This document shows, in pieces, positions 40,854 to 52,754 of a stretch of DNA of 64,000 bases. Under the pieces are notes generated by a model, which was not told where the DNA came from, did not search any database, and saw only the letters and a list, made by a program, of their open reading frames with translations. The position numbers and the translations under genes are program-made. Origin of the DNA: Trichoplax adhaerens (taxonomy: Eukaryota > Animalia > Placozoa); assembly GCF_000150275.1 (NCBI RefSeq), contig NW_002060958.1, positions 162,966 to 226,965 of the forward strand. The letters run 5' to 3'. How positions within the stretch are numbered: position 1 is the first letter of the stretch; every line of letters starts with the position of its first letter.

Positions 40854-42409
40854 ATCCGAGCCGTAGCTCACACCATTAGATAATTTTATACTAGAGTTTG
40901 CTCTAGTTGTTATGTCAATAATTTATCCTAGTCAGTACATGGCTATACTGATATTTTTTCATTTTCTAACGTTCCTAATTTGTAGTGTAAATAAAATGGA
41001 TCTTCTTTAGCTACATGTTCTAGATAGATCATAATATATGGTACTGCTAGTAATTCCCTAATAGGCAGTTGTTAAATTATTTAATAACTCATAAAGTAAT
41101 CGATAAAATTTTAGGTAACTCTATAACCCTATTTTTAAACGAATATATTGAGGAGAAATAGAAACTAAATCAAGTTGAGATAAATAACTTTATACCACCG
41201 ACGTATTAAATCGTTGATGATTAATACCAGTAGCATATGTCATTAAAGGCATCCATCAGGTTAAAATCGAAGTAAACTTTTCCATTCGATAGTCTGATTA
41301 AGTATACGAAAGATATTTTGCATCAAAATTGAGTTGGTCTAATAATTTTTTGTACTATCAGAAATACTGCACACTTGCGCTTCTAGGTATAAAATGTAGC
41401 AGCTATAACACATGCAATTAATGAAAGATAGTTATAAGTTTATCTCAATATTGCGTTGTACGTGATAACTCTTGACAAGTATTGAAGTCATATAATTGGC
41501 AAAGCTGTCATTTATCCCAAATATGGAAAGCTTAATGTAAAAATAAGCCCAACAATGATCTCACTGTATTATAAATTCATTTACAATTATAAAATGGACA
41601 CCAAATTAGTTGAAGTTAAAGTAATCCTGTAAAATGTCATTAAAACAATAATAGTACGATTTGTGACAGCATACTAGAAGTAGATATGACTAAATCATGG
41701 ATTACAAAGGGCCAATATAAGTTTTAAACTAGTATATTAAAATATCTCATATTGAATAGAATGTAATTGCAGGTGTTTTAGCCTAGTCAACAGCTTTTCA
41801 TTTCATACAAGTTATCTACAAATGAACTTTTGACTAGCAGTACTGACTTGTGTATTACTTTTCGATCAATAATTTTCTTGGAATAGAAATGATTTTTATC
41901 AAGTTTCCCCGGATAATTTCCTTTATCTGCTTTCAAAAAACGTCCAAATCAGGATTTAATGTAGACTTTTGAAATCAAGTAGTCATTATAGTGTAGATAA
42001 GAAATAACGACAACCTAAGGATTTATTTGCAGACAAGTAAGACTTGCATTTTGTTGATCAATTCTGAATAAAGACTTTTTTTGTACATAGTATTTATAGT
42101 CATTTTTAATCGAAAGACAGAAGTTAGAATAATCAAATAGGTAACAAAAAGAATTTCATTTCAAATCCGACGACTATAAAGAAAATGAAGTCAATAAATC
42201 GTCATTTTTTCTAGTATCATTACACCGAAACTAATAGAAGTTTGTATGCCATAGCAACTATCATAATAAATTTTTTTAAGATTGTGATTGATTTTGTTTT
42301 GTCGATGATAGTAATGTACAAATTTATTGCATTATCGTTCGTTTTCCATCTACAGCAAAGATGATACACCTTCAATAGCCAATAATTATATAACTGATAA
42401 TGCTATTTA

Positions 42410-45400
42410 CTTCCTATTTGTCTTCAGGGATTTTCTTTGACTCTTATAATTAGGAAATATTCTATCATTGCTATCCGATGTTTCTGGTATTATTCTCACA
42501 TGTTATTGACATCATCAATGGAAATGGCACTAATTTCATCATCCATTTGCAATCACTTGAATATTATAACGATACAATATAATTTTATTCATAGATAATC
42601 AGAGCATTGTTCAGGTTTGGTAAATATGCATAACAGACACCCACTTTATTTTTTCAATATAAGAAAGTCAACGATCTGATTTGCTCAAACTCATCGTATT
42701 CAGATTTCTAGATTTAATTATGTCGTTAATGCCGTCTTCGTTTTCTGTTAATAATTAATTCTACATCTTTTTAATTGTCATGATTGAATTTTATACCATA
42801 CAATTAAATCTAATTGTCAATTAATATTTAACTGATAGTTATAGGAGTTTCATTCAAAAATACTTATTTGTCATAAATTGACTTTCACTTTCAACCCCAT
42901 CTAATTAGTTTTTCTTAAATTAGCATGATTAAAAACTCGTCAAGCTGATATCACATCCTGGAATTGATCAGATTTATGCATAGAAAACTTCCTATATCTC
43001 GTCTTCATTCCGAAAAATTCGAAAGAAGTAGCTTTCACCTAAATCAATTTATAGAGATAATAGTGTTAGCTTGACATTAAAAATGCCTTCTTTGTCACTT
43101 GTCTAGACTACAAATTTAAAATTAAGTAACAGTATCATACCTACAACATTTTAGTTATAGTCTATTCTTACCTATGCAATTTCGTGATCATCTACTTATC
43201 TCCACTATTAGCAGACAACTTTATTTTCCTTTCTGTCATAAATCAGTAGATAAGGTGCTCGACAATGAGAAAAAATAGTCTTGTCCAAACTGATGAAAAT
43301 TCCTTATTGGTAATGCAATCTATGTACCCGTAAATATCCACTAATTAACTGTTAAATAGGTAGCCTCATCAGTTACAGGATGTGCTTATAAATTAAAGAA
43401 TTAAAAATGAAGAGATTACATCACAGATAAGACATTCTTAGTATCGTGTATATTATCATTGCAGAAAATCTTTACAGCTTATATGAATACGTAGTTAATT
43501 CTGAATAATTCATTGTAAATCTCTTTTTAGAAATTTTACATGAGGAAGGCGGTTTAGTTTTAGTCAGGACGTCGGTGTTAGTTTTGGCATCAGAGGCTCT
43601 TTGCATTTTCTGCATTGCCTGCGGGCATCATATACTTTGCCCGATTCTCGTGCATGGCGGGTGACATTTACACTGCTAAATAGCTTTGATAAAAGCAATA
43701 GAATGGATGCAGGATTCCAATAATATGGCCTTGAATTTAGTACTGGTTGAATAATGACTTGTCACCTTAATCTTATAAGATTCGGCTTTGATTATTTATT
43801 TATTACCGACATGTGCTCTTATGATAGCAAAAAAATCAATTCAACTGAGAGTAGCCACACCTAAAACGCCTTCAATTGTTAGAAATTGTACTAGCCGAAG
43901 CTGCATTAGGAAGTAATAAACACTTTTTATTTATTTTTTATCCTGCCTTGCCCAAAGTTTGTCTGCGTAGTAATAAAGATTAATTATGTTATTGCTCTAA
44001 GGGTTTACAAGTTAGCAATATCGGTGCCATTAGCGTTATTGAATTAAGGCTATAAACATTGAGAAGTCAACAAGGTTTAATCTAGCTTATCCTATAGCCA
44101 AATGCTATCACATGAAAACTATTTTCCATTTCTCCTTATGGCAACTATCTCGATAATTAATTTTCTAATATTAACACTATAGCCTTGTACTATTCTGCTT
44201 ACAAAAAATAAACTACTGTAGTTATCTCTTATTTTCAATATTCTCATTAACCCAAAATAACTTCTCTTAATGGTTTAGCATCAATTTTATAGCCATATAA
44301 TTTGGGGATAATCAGCAGTAAATAATTTTGGCATTTTAAGGACAAGGAAAATACCGACATTGATCCGAAAAATAAAAGAATATTTACAAAAAAAATTGAA
44401 GTTATTAGAATGATTTTCAACATAGCATGCTTATTTATGCTCTAGTTCTACTATTATGATGGCGAAGGTGCAGTAATGTTGTCAACTTTGGACAAATAAA
44501 TCAATTTTCAGACTAATTTATTTAATAACGCCAGCGGCTAATCAGTGACAGCTAATTAGTGACAGTTGTCATCATCAATAAAACAGGTGCACTGCAAACA
44601 AGGAGAGCTTGTAAAATGATTAGTGTTAATTAATTCGAGTTATCGTCAAGCAGGAATTCAAGCTACCCTATTATTCTTTATAAAATCTGATTATCAGCTA
44701 AAGCCACATGGAATCCATCATTGTGTCTAACAAGCCTGGTATACAATATCTTATTCCATTAGAATCATTGTCTTGAAATCTACTTGTAACCGATTAAAAT
44801 TTATCCACATAAATCAAATAATTAGGTCTTGTGAAGATGGAGACCAGGGAAAATAATCCATAGAACATCTAAAAGGTCTACCTCTAGTTCAATACTTTTG
44901 CCTTGTTGGTATTTAACTTACTAATTTGATTATGTCATCTCGATAAAAGTGTAGAACGATGACTAATGGGATTCTATCATTTTTTTACTCATTTATCCAT
45001 TCTTAGTAAATAGTCTGTGACTTTGAATACTGTAAAGCGGTTGTTGATCGTGGTAGGACAGCAGTAATCTACTACTGTCTAGGCATTATTAATGGAATAT
45101 TATTGGTTTAATCCAATACAATCTAAAACCTACTCCTACTAACAATTCGTATACTAATGCATCCGATTAGTAATAATTATCCCGTCCAATATGACTTACA
45201 AACATGCCAAATAATGTTGGAATGGATCTTGAATAGCGTCAGCGTATTATTATTAACGTTTCAGCTATTTTTTTTTTGTTTTATTTCTATGTTGGGAAGC
45301 AGTTGGACATTTTTAATGCAAGTTCCGTCTTATCGTGATTGTCATCCAGATGGAACACTTTTTCCCATACATCAATTTTTGCTACTGTATTGGATAAGAT

Positions 45401-46040
45401 AGCTGTGTGGTTGTTATGGAATTAACTTCTCAACGATTATTCCTCTATCAGCGTAGTAATACGCCAATAATTCAATTTTCCAATGTGACGAACTAAAAAT
45501 ATATAAATATAGAAAAATGAGGTAGAAATGATGAATGAAATAATTTTACTTTCATTTGTTAATACAACTATGAAACAATTCTAATTTTGCATCGGGCACA
45601 GTAAATCCTTGAGAATTTTTGACTTGGCTGACCATCACCTTCACGTATTTGTCAGTTAATGTTGCGTTATCATTTTGTATGTTATAAAACTGAAATTAGA
45701 CTTGGTTTAAAATACAGTACTTTTATTTAAAAATTGTGAAATATTGTTGTTCGATGTGTTAATCGATTTGTGACCATATAGCGAGCGAGCTGATAATGAA
45801 ATAAAATGATATACTTTCTATCTCAAGTTTGATGATTGTTACAATTTTCGATATAGTTTTGTAATAGCAATGAAAGTAATTTAAAGCTGTAAAACTTATG
45901 TCATAAGCAGAAGCGATCGAAACCTTAAATGTGCCGAGGCGATATCTGATTATAATGTAAATCGGGTTATTTTCATTATAACCACATCAACTCCTCAATT
46001 AAAATCCAATATCACCCACCGTTTAATGCCACATTCCTAA
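42410..46040 (-). pseudogene. Possible highly decayed multi-exon gene (ROCO/COR-like and TPR-like fragments)
   Basis: AG-bounded, stop-riddled exon-like blocks with protein-like fragments: VILDF (~46010), KYVKVMVSQVKNSQGFTVPDAKLELFHSCINK (~45560-45650), RHIGKLNYW (~45480), FQDNDSNGIRYCIPGLL (~44730-44780) and NKVGVCYAYLPNLNNALIIYE (~42590-42650). Confidence 0.3.
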
Positions 46041-46295
46041 TTACTGCACAACAGTAAATATACTTATTAATCTCCAATTTTGTTCGTTGTTACAATTTCC
46101 GATGTAGTTTTGTAATGCTTTGTAACGTGTGATCTAATCCTATTTCACACTTGTCATTCAAGCGCCGCAATACGAATCTCATAGAACTCTCATATCCTTG
46201 GGGCCATCTATTGATGTCTCCGATTCAGCGTTAGCGGAATATGCCAAGCGTTATCTCGACTATCCACTACAAAGATGGCCAACATCAATTATTCA

Positions 46296-46500
46296 TTATA
46301 AACAGTTGTCGCAAAACTAGCCATTTTTTCTTATGATCGCAGTTGTACAAGTCCAATTCTGTACTGATAACGGTCATTTTTATTTTTTTTTTTTATTAAT
46401 TAAATTATAAACAGTTGTCGCAAAACTTAAAAAGACTTTCTCTTTATGATCAAAGTTGTACAGTACAAGTCAAATTCTGTAGTGAAAACAGTAATTTTCA
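46296..46500. repeat. Two-copy direct repeat (~110 bp) separated by a poly-T tract
   Basis: TTATAAACAGTTGTCGCAAAACT..TTATGATC..GTACAAGTC.AATTCTGTA occurs twice. Confidence 0.8.
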
Positions 46501-46909
46501 TCATTTTTAGTGATTTCTATTTTTGATGGGTACACTAACTTTTCAAGTCAAAATTGTAAGCCTGCTTTATAAGGGATAGTACATTGAGAGGCATTTCGAC
46601 TCGATGCGAGCGTAGATACGTTCACAGACTCCATTTCCATTAACCCTTTTACAGTCCAATGAGCATCGATGAAACTCCAAATTGACTTAAAACTATGCAA
46701 TTTCACAAACTTGATAAAATGACGTTTTGATCATACGCTAGTTCACTATGCATTGTCAACAAGTTGGAATTCAAGGGCTTTTGGGCTAAATTGGCTTTAT
46801 AAGTCTTGAGATTTAAATGCTCAAGTAAAAGAAATTGAACTGGCTCCCACTTGTAGACTGACTACCGATGGACAGAGATTTCGATGTACAGTAAGTAGAG
46901 AAATTGCAG

Positions 46910-46927
46910 TCTCTCTCTCTCTCTCTC
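46910..46927. repeat. (TC)n microsatellite
   Basis: About 9 TC units. Confidence 0.9.
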
Positions 46928-47317
46928 ACGGACGGACAGCACAGCCCTATCGAGTTATTCGAGGGTAAGTGTTTTGGGTAGCGATGTGGTGGATGGAATT
47001 AAGCCGCTCCACTTTCGCTGCCAATGGCCGAGCCTACAGTATGCTTAGAAAACCAAGTTTTGGCATATACAGTCTGTCGGCAGGTGTTGTAATCGATGGG
47101 AGTGGAGTGGGAGTACTCGACTGTCGATGGGAATGCTATCGACAAAACACTAATTTTCAACTACTACTTTAGGACTCGCCATCTTGTCTAGGATTGGTGA
47201 ACAGTAGACTGTTAGTGGAGTCAACACTTGGACTACTGTCAATGCTTTAGAGTCTTCCCAGTCTGGCCAATCTCCTTTGAATCATCATCCTATCCAACAT
47301 TCATACCTTATGTAGAT

Positions 47318-49996
47318 ATGGCTGCCGTTTCAGTATGTATTGTAGGCGCGGGGGTATGCGGCCTTTCTACTGCTTTGTTACTTGCTGAAAGCAAATCGAT
47401 TCCTTATAAAGTGACGATCATTGCCGATCAATTTTCGCCTAAAACAACCAGTAATGCAGCAGCTGCTGTCGTTGCCCCATTTATCCTCGGACCTGAAACT
47501 CCCATCCAGCTACAAAGGTTCGTGACCAATCGATAAGAATGATGGCTATCACGAGTTCCTGTTCTCATTATGTGAAGTGCGAAATCCAGTCAAATCGCCA
47601 AATGCCTAGTCAATTTGCAAAATGCCATCCATCTTGTATTATTAACCGATGCAAATGCTTTAAGGCTAATGTTAAGTGTGACAGTCAACGTCATCATCAG
47701 AGAATTTGTAAAAATGAATTATAATTTTCATAATCAGAACGTTACCAATTCAATAATAACGACTTAATTGATCGTAGTATCTCTAAATGGCAGGACGCAT
47801 GTTAGCATAGGTACTTCTCACTAAAGTAACTGTGCATGTGTAAATTGTTTAGTAAATACGATCCACCTTAGATGGCAATCTTTCATACACGGTGCCAAAG
47901 TATGAGAATGAATTTTCCTTATGTGTTGTAGCGATTAAAATAAAGACGAACTGTGACGGATTGACCTACAGTGTGTTACGTATTAGTCTCACTTCTGCTC
48001 ATTATCTGAGAGTTTAGAAATATTGCACGCTACCATTTAACATGGACTAACCAGATAAACCATTAAGTTTGACTAATAAATTATAGCTGTATTGACAGTA
48101 GGATGAATAAAGAATGATTATAATTGGATTCTACTCGAAATTGTTTTGATTGACTCTAGTTTTATTACTAGCTTACATAATTATTATTTGCCACTTGCCA
48201 CTGATTGACAGTGAAAACACCTATATCTTGTTGTAATTTTAATTTGGAACTCTAGGAGATGGATCAAGCAAACCATGGATTGGTTAGGATCGTTATATAA
48301 GACTACAGATGCAACGACTATCGGAGTTATTCTGCAACATCTTTATTTTTGTTATGACAAAATGCAACAGGTTCAGATATTAGGCCATAATATCAGTAGT
48401 GAAACCAATAAATAACATCACTACGAGTATTACAGCTTACTGATTATCCTAGTATAGTAGGCTTATCAATTACAACGTGCTGATTTACCTTTATTATTGC
48501 AATCTATCACTTCAGGATTCATATTGGAAAGATTGGTTACTTTCTTACCGCAAACTAACCCCAAAGGAGAAAGAAATGGCTTTTGCTGATGACAGCATTA
48601 TGTAAGTGAACTATCCGATTGAATGATTGAAGTAATTACATGCTGTACAGTATACCACCATTCTAATAGTATTATCCATTACCATTACAGTACGCGATTT
48701 TATTGATGTAAATAAAGTTATCTTGTATGTCTAATCAATACTTTTCTTTTGAAAATAAATCATGAATTTTATCGTGTGTTGAATTATTATTTGACAGCGA
48801 TGGATGGTGTTGCTCGACTTTTACCTTAGACACTGATAAATACATGCATTGGCTAACAAACAAGTAAGAAAAAAAAAATTAACCCTTATAAATTACCCGG
48901 TTACGAAACTAATTTTAATTAGTAATGAATTATTACTGTTGGTCGAAACGACTATAATTATGAAAGTAAATTTCGTGAGTTACTTATGATTGTTGTAATA
49001 CGTCTCAGATTGAAAAATCTTAATTGCCGTTTCATCCAGAAAAAGTTAAGAGATTTAAGTGAGGTTAGCTAAAAACAAAAATACTCTTGCTAAATGGACG
49101 GATAATTTATGAATTGATTCTCTCTGATAGGTATCGTCATATGATATTGTTGTTAATTGTTCCGGTATTGGTGCAAACCGGCTAGTACCCGATCCATCCG
49201 TTGTACCTGTACGTGGACAAGCTATTCGCGTAAGTGTACTTACATTGATCATCTCTTTCATTCACTTTATCCACCATTATTAGATTCATTTCATTGGTAA
49301 TGAATACTGTAGGTAAAAGCTCCATGGGTACAGCACTGTTGCATTTATATCAATGAAAAGGCGATAAGTTATATTCTACCAAGGTGCTACATTCAATTAT
49401 ATAGCTTTTGAATTTGCACTTAGCATAATCATTTATTGCAAGCTCGCTTTTATCGGCCATGTCGTTACTATGATTTAAATTTTGTTCCTAGAGCTACTAC
49501 CGTTTTATTGGGAGGAACTGCTCAAGCTGGAAATTGGAGTAAAAGCATTGATCCAAATGACTCCAAGAGAATCTTTGAAGATTGTTGTAAAATTATTCCA
49601 AGTTTAAAGGTTAGAACATACCATACTGTTTGCTATACATGCCCTGAACGACAAACGAGTAGCTACTAACTGTAAGCTCTTCATATGTGAATTACGATAT
49701 GTAGAATGCTGAAACCGTAGAAGAAATTGTCGATTTAAGGCCATCACGACCGTCTGTTCGACTGGAAATTGAAACAAGGAGAACAGGGCATAAAGACATG
49801 AAAGTATGAAGCGAACATTAGGTTTCCTTTGGCCTTTATGATAACATTAAGTGCAAATATGTCTTTTTTAACTTAGATCGTACACAATTACGGACATGGA
49901 GGTTCCGGAATTAGTCTTCATTGGGGATGTGCTTTGGACTCGTTTAAATTAGTTGAGAAATTGGCTGAGGATATTCGAGTCTCATGTAAATTGTAA
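47318..49996 (+). CDS. DAO: D-amino-acid oxidase / D-aspartate oxidase family flavoenzyme, copy 1 (10 exons, C-terminal CKL PTS1)
   Basis: Exons 47318-47517 ([14 protein letters not shown]; TTSNAAAA), ~48259-48370, 48516-48601, 48798-48863, 49009-49062, 49131-49228 ([14 protein letters not shown]), 49313-49383 (VKAPW), 49492-49609 (LGGTAQ), 49705-49803 (LRPSR) and 49877-49996 ([23 protein letters not shown]). Confidence 0.9.
47610..47724 (+). mobile_element. Relic Cys-rich (CXC-like) tail resembling KRBA2/SCAND3/Ginger-type transposase C-termini, in DAO copy 1 intron 1
   Basis: [32 protein letters not shown] resembles the C-x-C..C..RCKCFKA..CNSRCH..C.N pattern. Confidence 0.45.
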
Positions 49997-51849
49997 TCGT
50001 ATAAAGGCTTCAACTCTAAGTACTTACTAAAAAGGAGATAAAAAATAATTAACTTTGCTATACAAACTTTAGTATGGTTGTTAACGAACTGAATAATATT
50101 ACTCTAACGCTTATAACCAGCATTAAAATCTTTATTTAAGTACCATTTAATATAGGAATAGAAGTCCTCACATGCACTAGCAGTTGCGATTGATTTACTT
50201 TATGTCTCATATTATTATGTGTAATTACACATTACTATCTAAACTTATTACTATTTATCTTCTCTAAGGAAAGTACAAGTGGTAAAATATGATGATTTTT
50301 ATTGTTATTTAAATTAATTACATATTATGATTATGTTTTTAGCTCTTTTTTAAGGAAATATGGCAATAATTTTTATGGTAATTCTTGCATTATTTATAGT
50401 AAAGGGAAGAATCACTTATTTTCATAAAGATATCATATATTTGAATTTACTGCATTACCAGTTCACTGTACGATATGCCGGCAACAAGACTTAAATTACA
50501 TTATTAGGAAATGGTCTACATTGCTCTAGTAATTTAATGTGGTCGATGTGCCTAGAATCCTTCAGTGCTGTGCTTAACTGTCGAATTGTATTTGCAGAAC
50601 TTTACTACACTAGCTTATGATTATAAACTGTAGTGAAGTTAATTCTTAAGGGTCCAGAATAAGTCAGACTAACTGTATTTAAAACCCTAATTAAGCTTTA
50701 TTACAATAAACTTTCCGTAACTGTATTTACAACAAACTATTAACAAGAAGAACTCCCGATCTACTCGATGCATACGCTTATAAATCCTAGCGCATGACCT
50801 ATTAAGTAATGGTAATAACATTGTCATGCTTCCACGCGCTCATATTAGTAATTGCCTACTTCAGAATTTAACTCAAGTGCTAAACTCACGGCACCATATA
50901 AACATATCGATTTTCACGTCAATCATTATATGTATTCAAAAATGCTGCGCAAAATATACCTGTGAATTCTAGAATAGTATGCCCCTATGTCTTTGAATGA
51001 TATACCATTTCATCGGACTCACCTCATAATCTCAATCATAATAAACTATCATCATTTTTTGATCAGTGAAGTTGCTGTCTAATATATAACTATCAGTGCC
51101 CACATTTGTAGAGAATTTACATACAACTTAAGATAGTTGCACGGAATAATGGCCTATTTTTCCATGTAGCAGCAAGTAATCCCTTCTACATGTAGCACAA
51201 ATCAAAAGTGAGTCATTCGCTTGATACCTGGTATCAGAATCAGTTCATAAAAGCAGAGACAGTTTAATCCTAAGCAATAAAATTCTCTTCATTATTTTAA
51301 TAGGAATAAGTTCGCACTAAAAGAAGCACGAACTACTACCGTAGTACATTTCTGTATAAATGGCATCAAATAAGATAGTTTAATGCAGTGCAGCACACAT
51401 TAGTCACTTCAGTACCAGTCACTATTTCAAAAAAATTATTACCCATTTATAGAGTGAAGTTTGGTGCTTGTAACTTATGTTAATAGCTATCATTGTAATA
51501 AACTGACTCTCCTTAACTGTATGATAGTGAACAAATATCATACTGTATATTAAAGATATATCTAATTTCCAATCGAATAACATTTAATATGCATCACCTC
51601 AATTAAAGACCATCATAACGTATAATAATAATTATATTATCGAGGTCAGAAATTGTCAAGTCTTGGTTTTTATTTTACGTCATGTGGTAGCATGTATTAA
51701 AGATACTAGTATATTTATAATTACTAGAACGTTGAAAATAAATCATGTATAATCACAGTAATAACAAGTGTTACGTCCAGAAATATACTTACTTTGTCTA
51801 ACTACAGCATTATAAACTAACATACGATTGATTTCAGAACAGTAAGACC

Positions 51850-52390
51850 GATTTACTATGGCCTATGGGATCGCTTTACTTAACGTAAAATAATTTTAGG
51901 TAATCAACGTAACCGATAACGCATCGTCAAGATTTGGTCGGTTACTTTATAGATATCCTATTTATGTGGGATGCGCATCCAGGGTTAATAGTAAAAGCCA
52001 TAGAGATACTTTTCAATATGTTACGGCCATGATTTACTATATCTTAATTTACAGCTTATTTATGGTAAAGTGTTTTTAGGGAATAAACGTAATCGACATC
52101 GTATACTAAAGATATTTCCTTATCTCCAGCTACGATGCTCATATAAGATAAAAGAAAATCTAAAGCAATACCAATCAACTTAAGTAAGTCTAATTTGAGA
52201 AATGTAGCGTGCTAGTTCATATCTTCTTTATGTGGGATACCTTTCAAGACAAATGATAGCGCTACAGAGATAGCTTTCAATTTACTATGGCTATAATTTA
52301 CTTTGGCTAATTCTAAGCGGCTTTCTAACCACTAAGTGATTTTAGATACGATATTAAACGTCATCAAGAACGCATCCTCAATACTTGATG
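51850..52390. repeat. Diverged tandem repeat (~3 units, ~185-250 bp) upstream of DAO copy 2
   Basis: Recurrent ATTTACTAT, TTTTAG..AACGT, TTTATGTGGGAT and AGAGATA..TTTCAAT blocks. Confidence 0.6.
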
Positions 52391-52754
52391 GACCGTTCAA
52401 CTTTTAATATATTTATTCCTAAAGCCATATTCTAATCAATTGCAATAATACAGACTAATTACCATTAGGGTCTCAACGCGTCATGGGATACTTACCATTT
52501 ACATATTTACAGTATGCAAAACATATGCCTTAAGTTACGAGGCCATTTACAGGGTAATATATAGACTTCCAATGACTTTCAATGACATCTCTTTTGTATA
52601 TTTTGCAAGACAGCATTTCTATCACTTAGCAGCCTATACACTCTTATATATATATTTTAAATCAAACAATTACCTTCTAAATTTAAAGTTCTAATGGCTG
52701 ATTTCATTAAGATTTGCAGGATGTAGCCCAAGATATCGGTGACTCGACTGAACC

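Noticed and set aside
43545-43680. GC-richer patch with Cys-rich minus-strand peptide (CKCHPPCTR..TGA..CP); considered as selenocysteine readthrough
   Set aside because: Too short, no SECIS identifiable by eye and no gene context.
46641-46660. TTAACCC piggyBac-like end
   Set aside because: No convincing matching inverted terminus or transposase found.
47228-47317. N-terminal extension of DAO copy 1 shown in the ORF track
   Set aside because: It starts at a non-ATG codon; paralogs start at the equivalent of ATG 47318.
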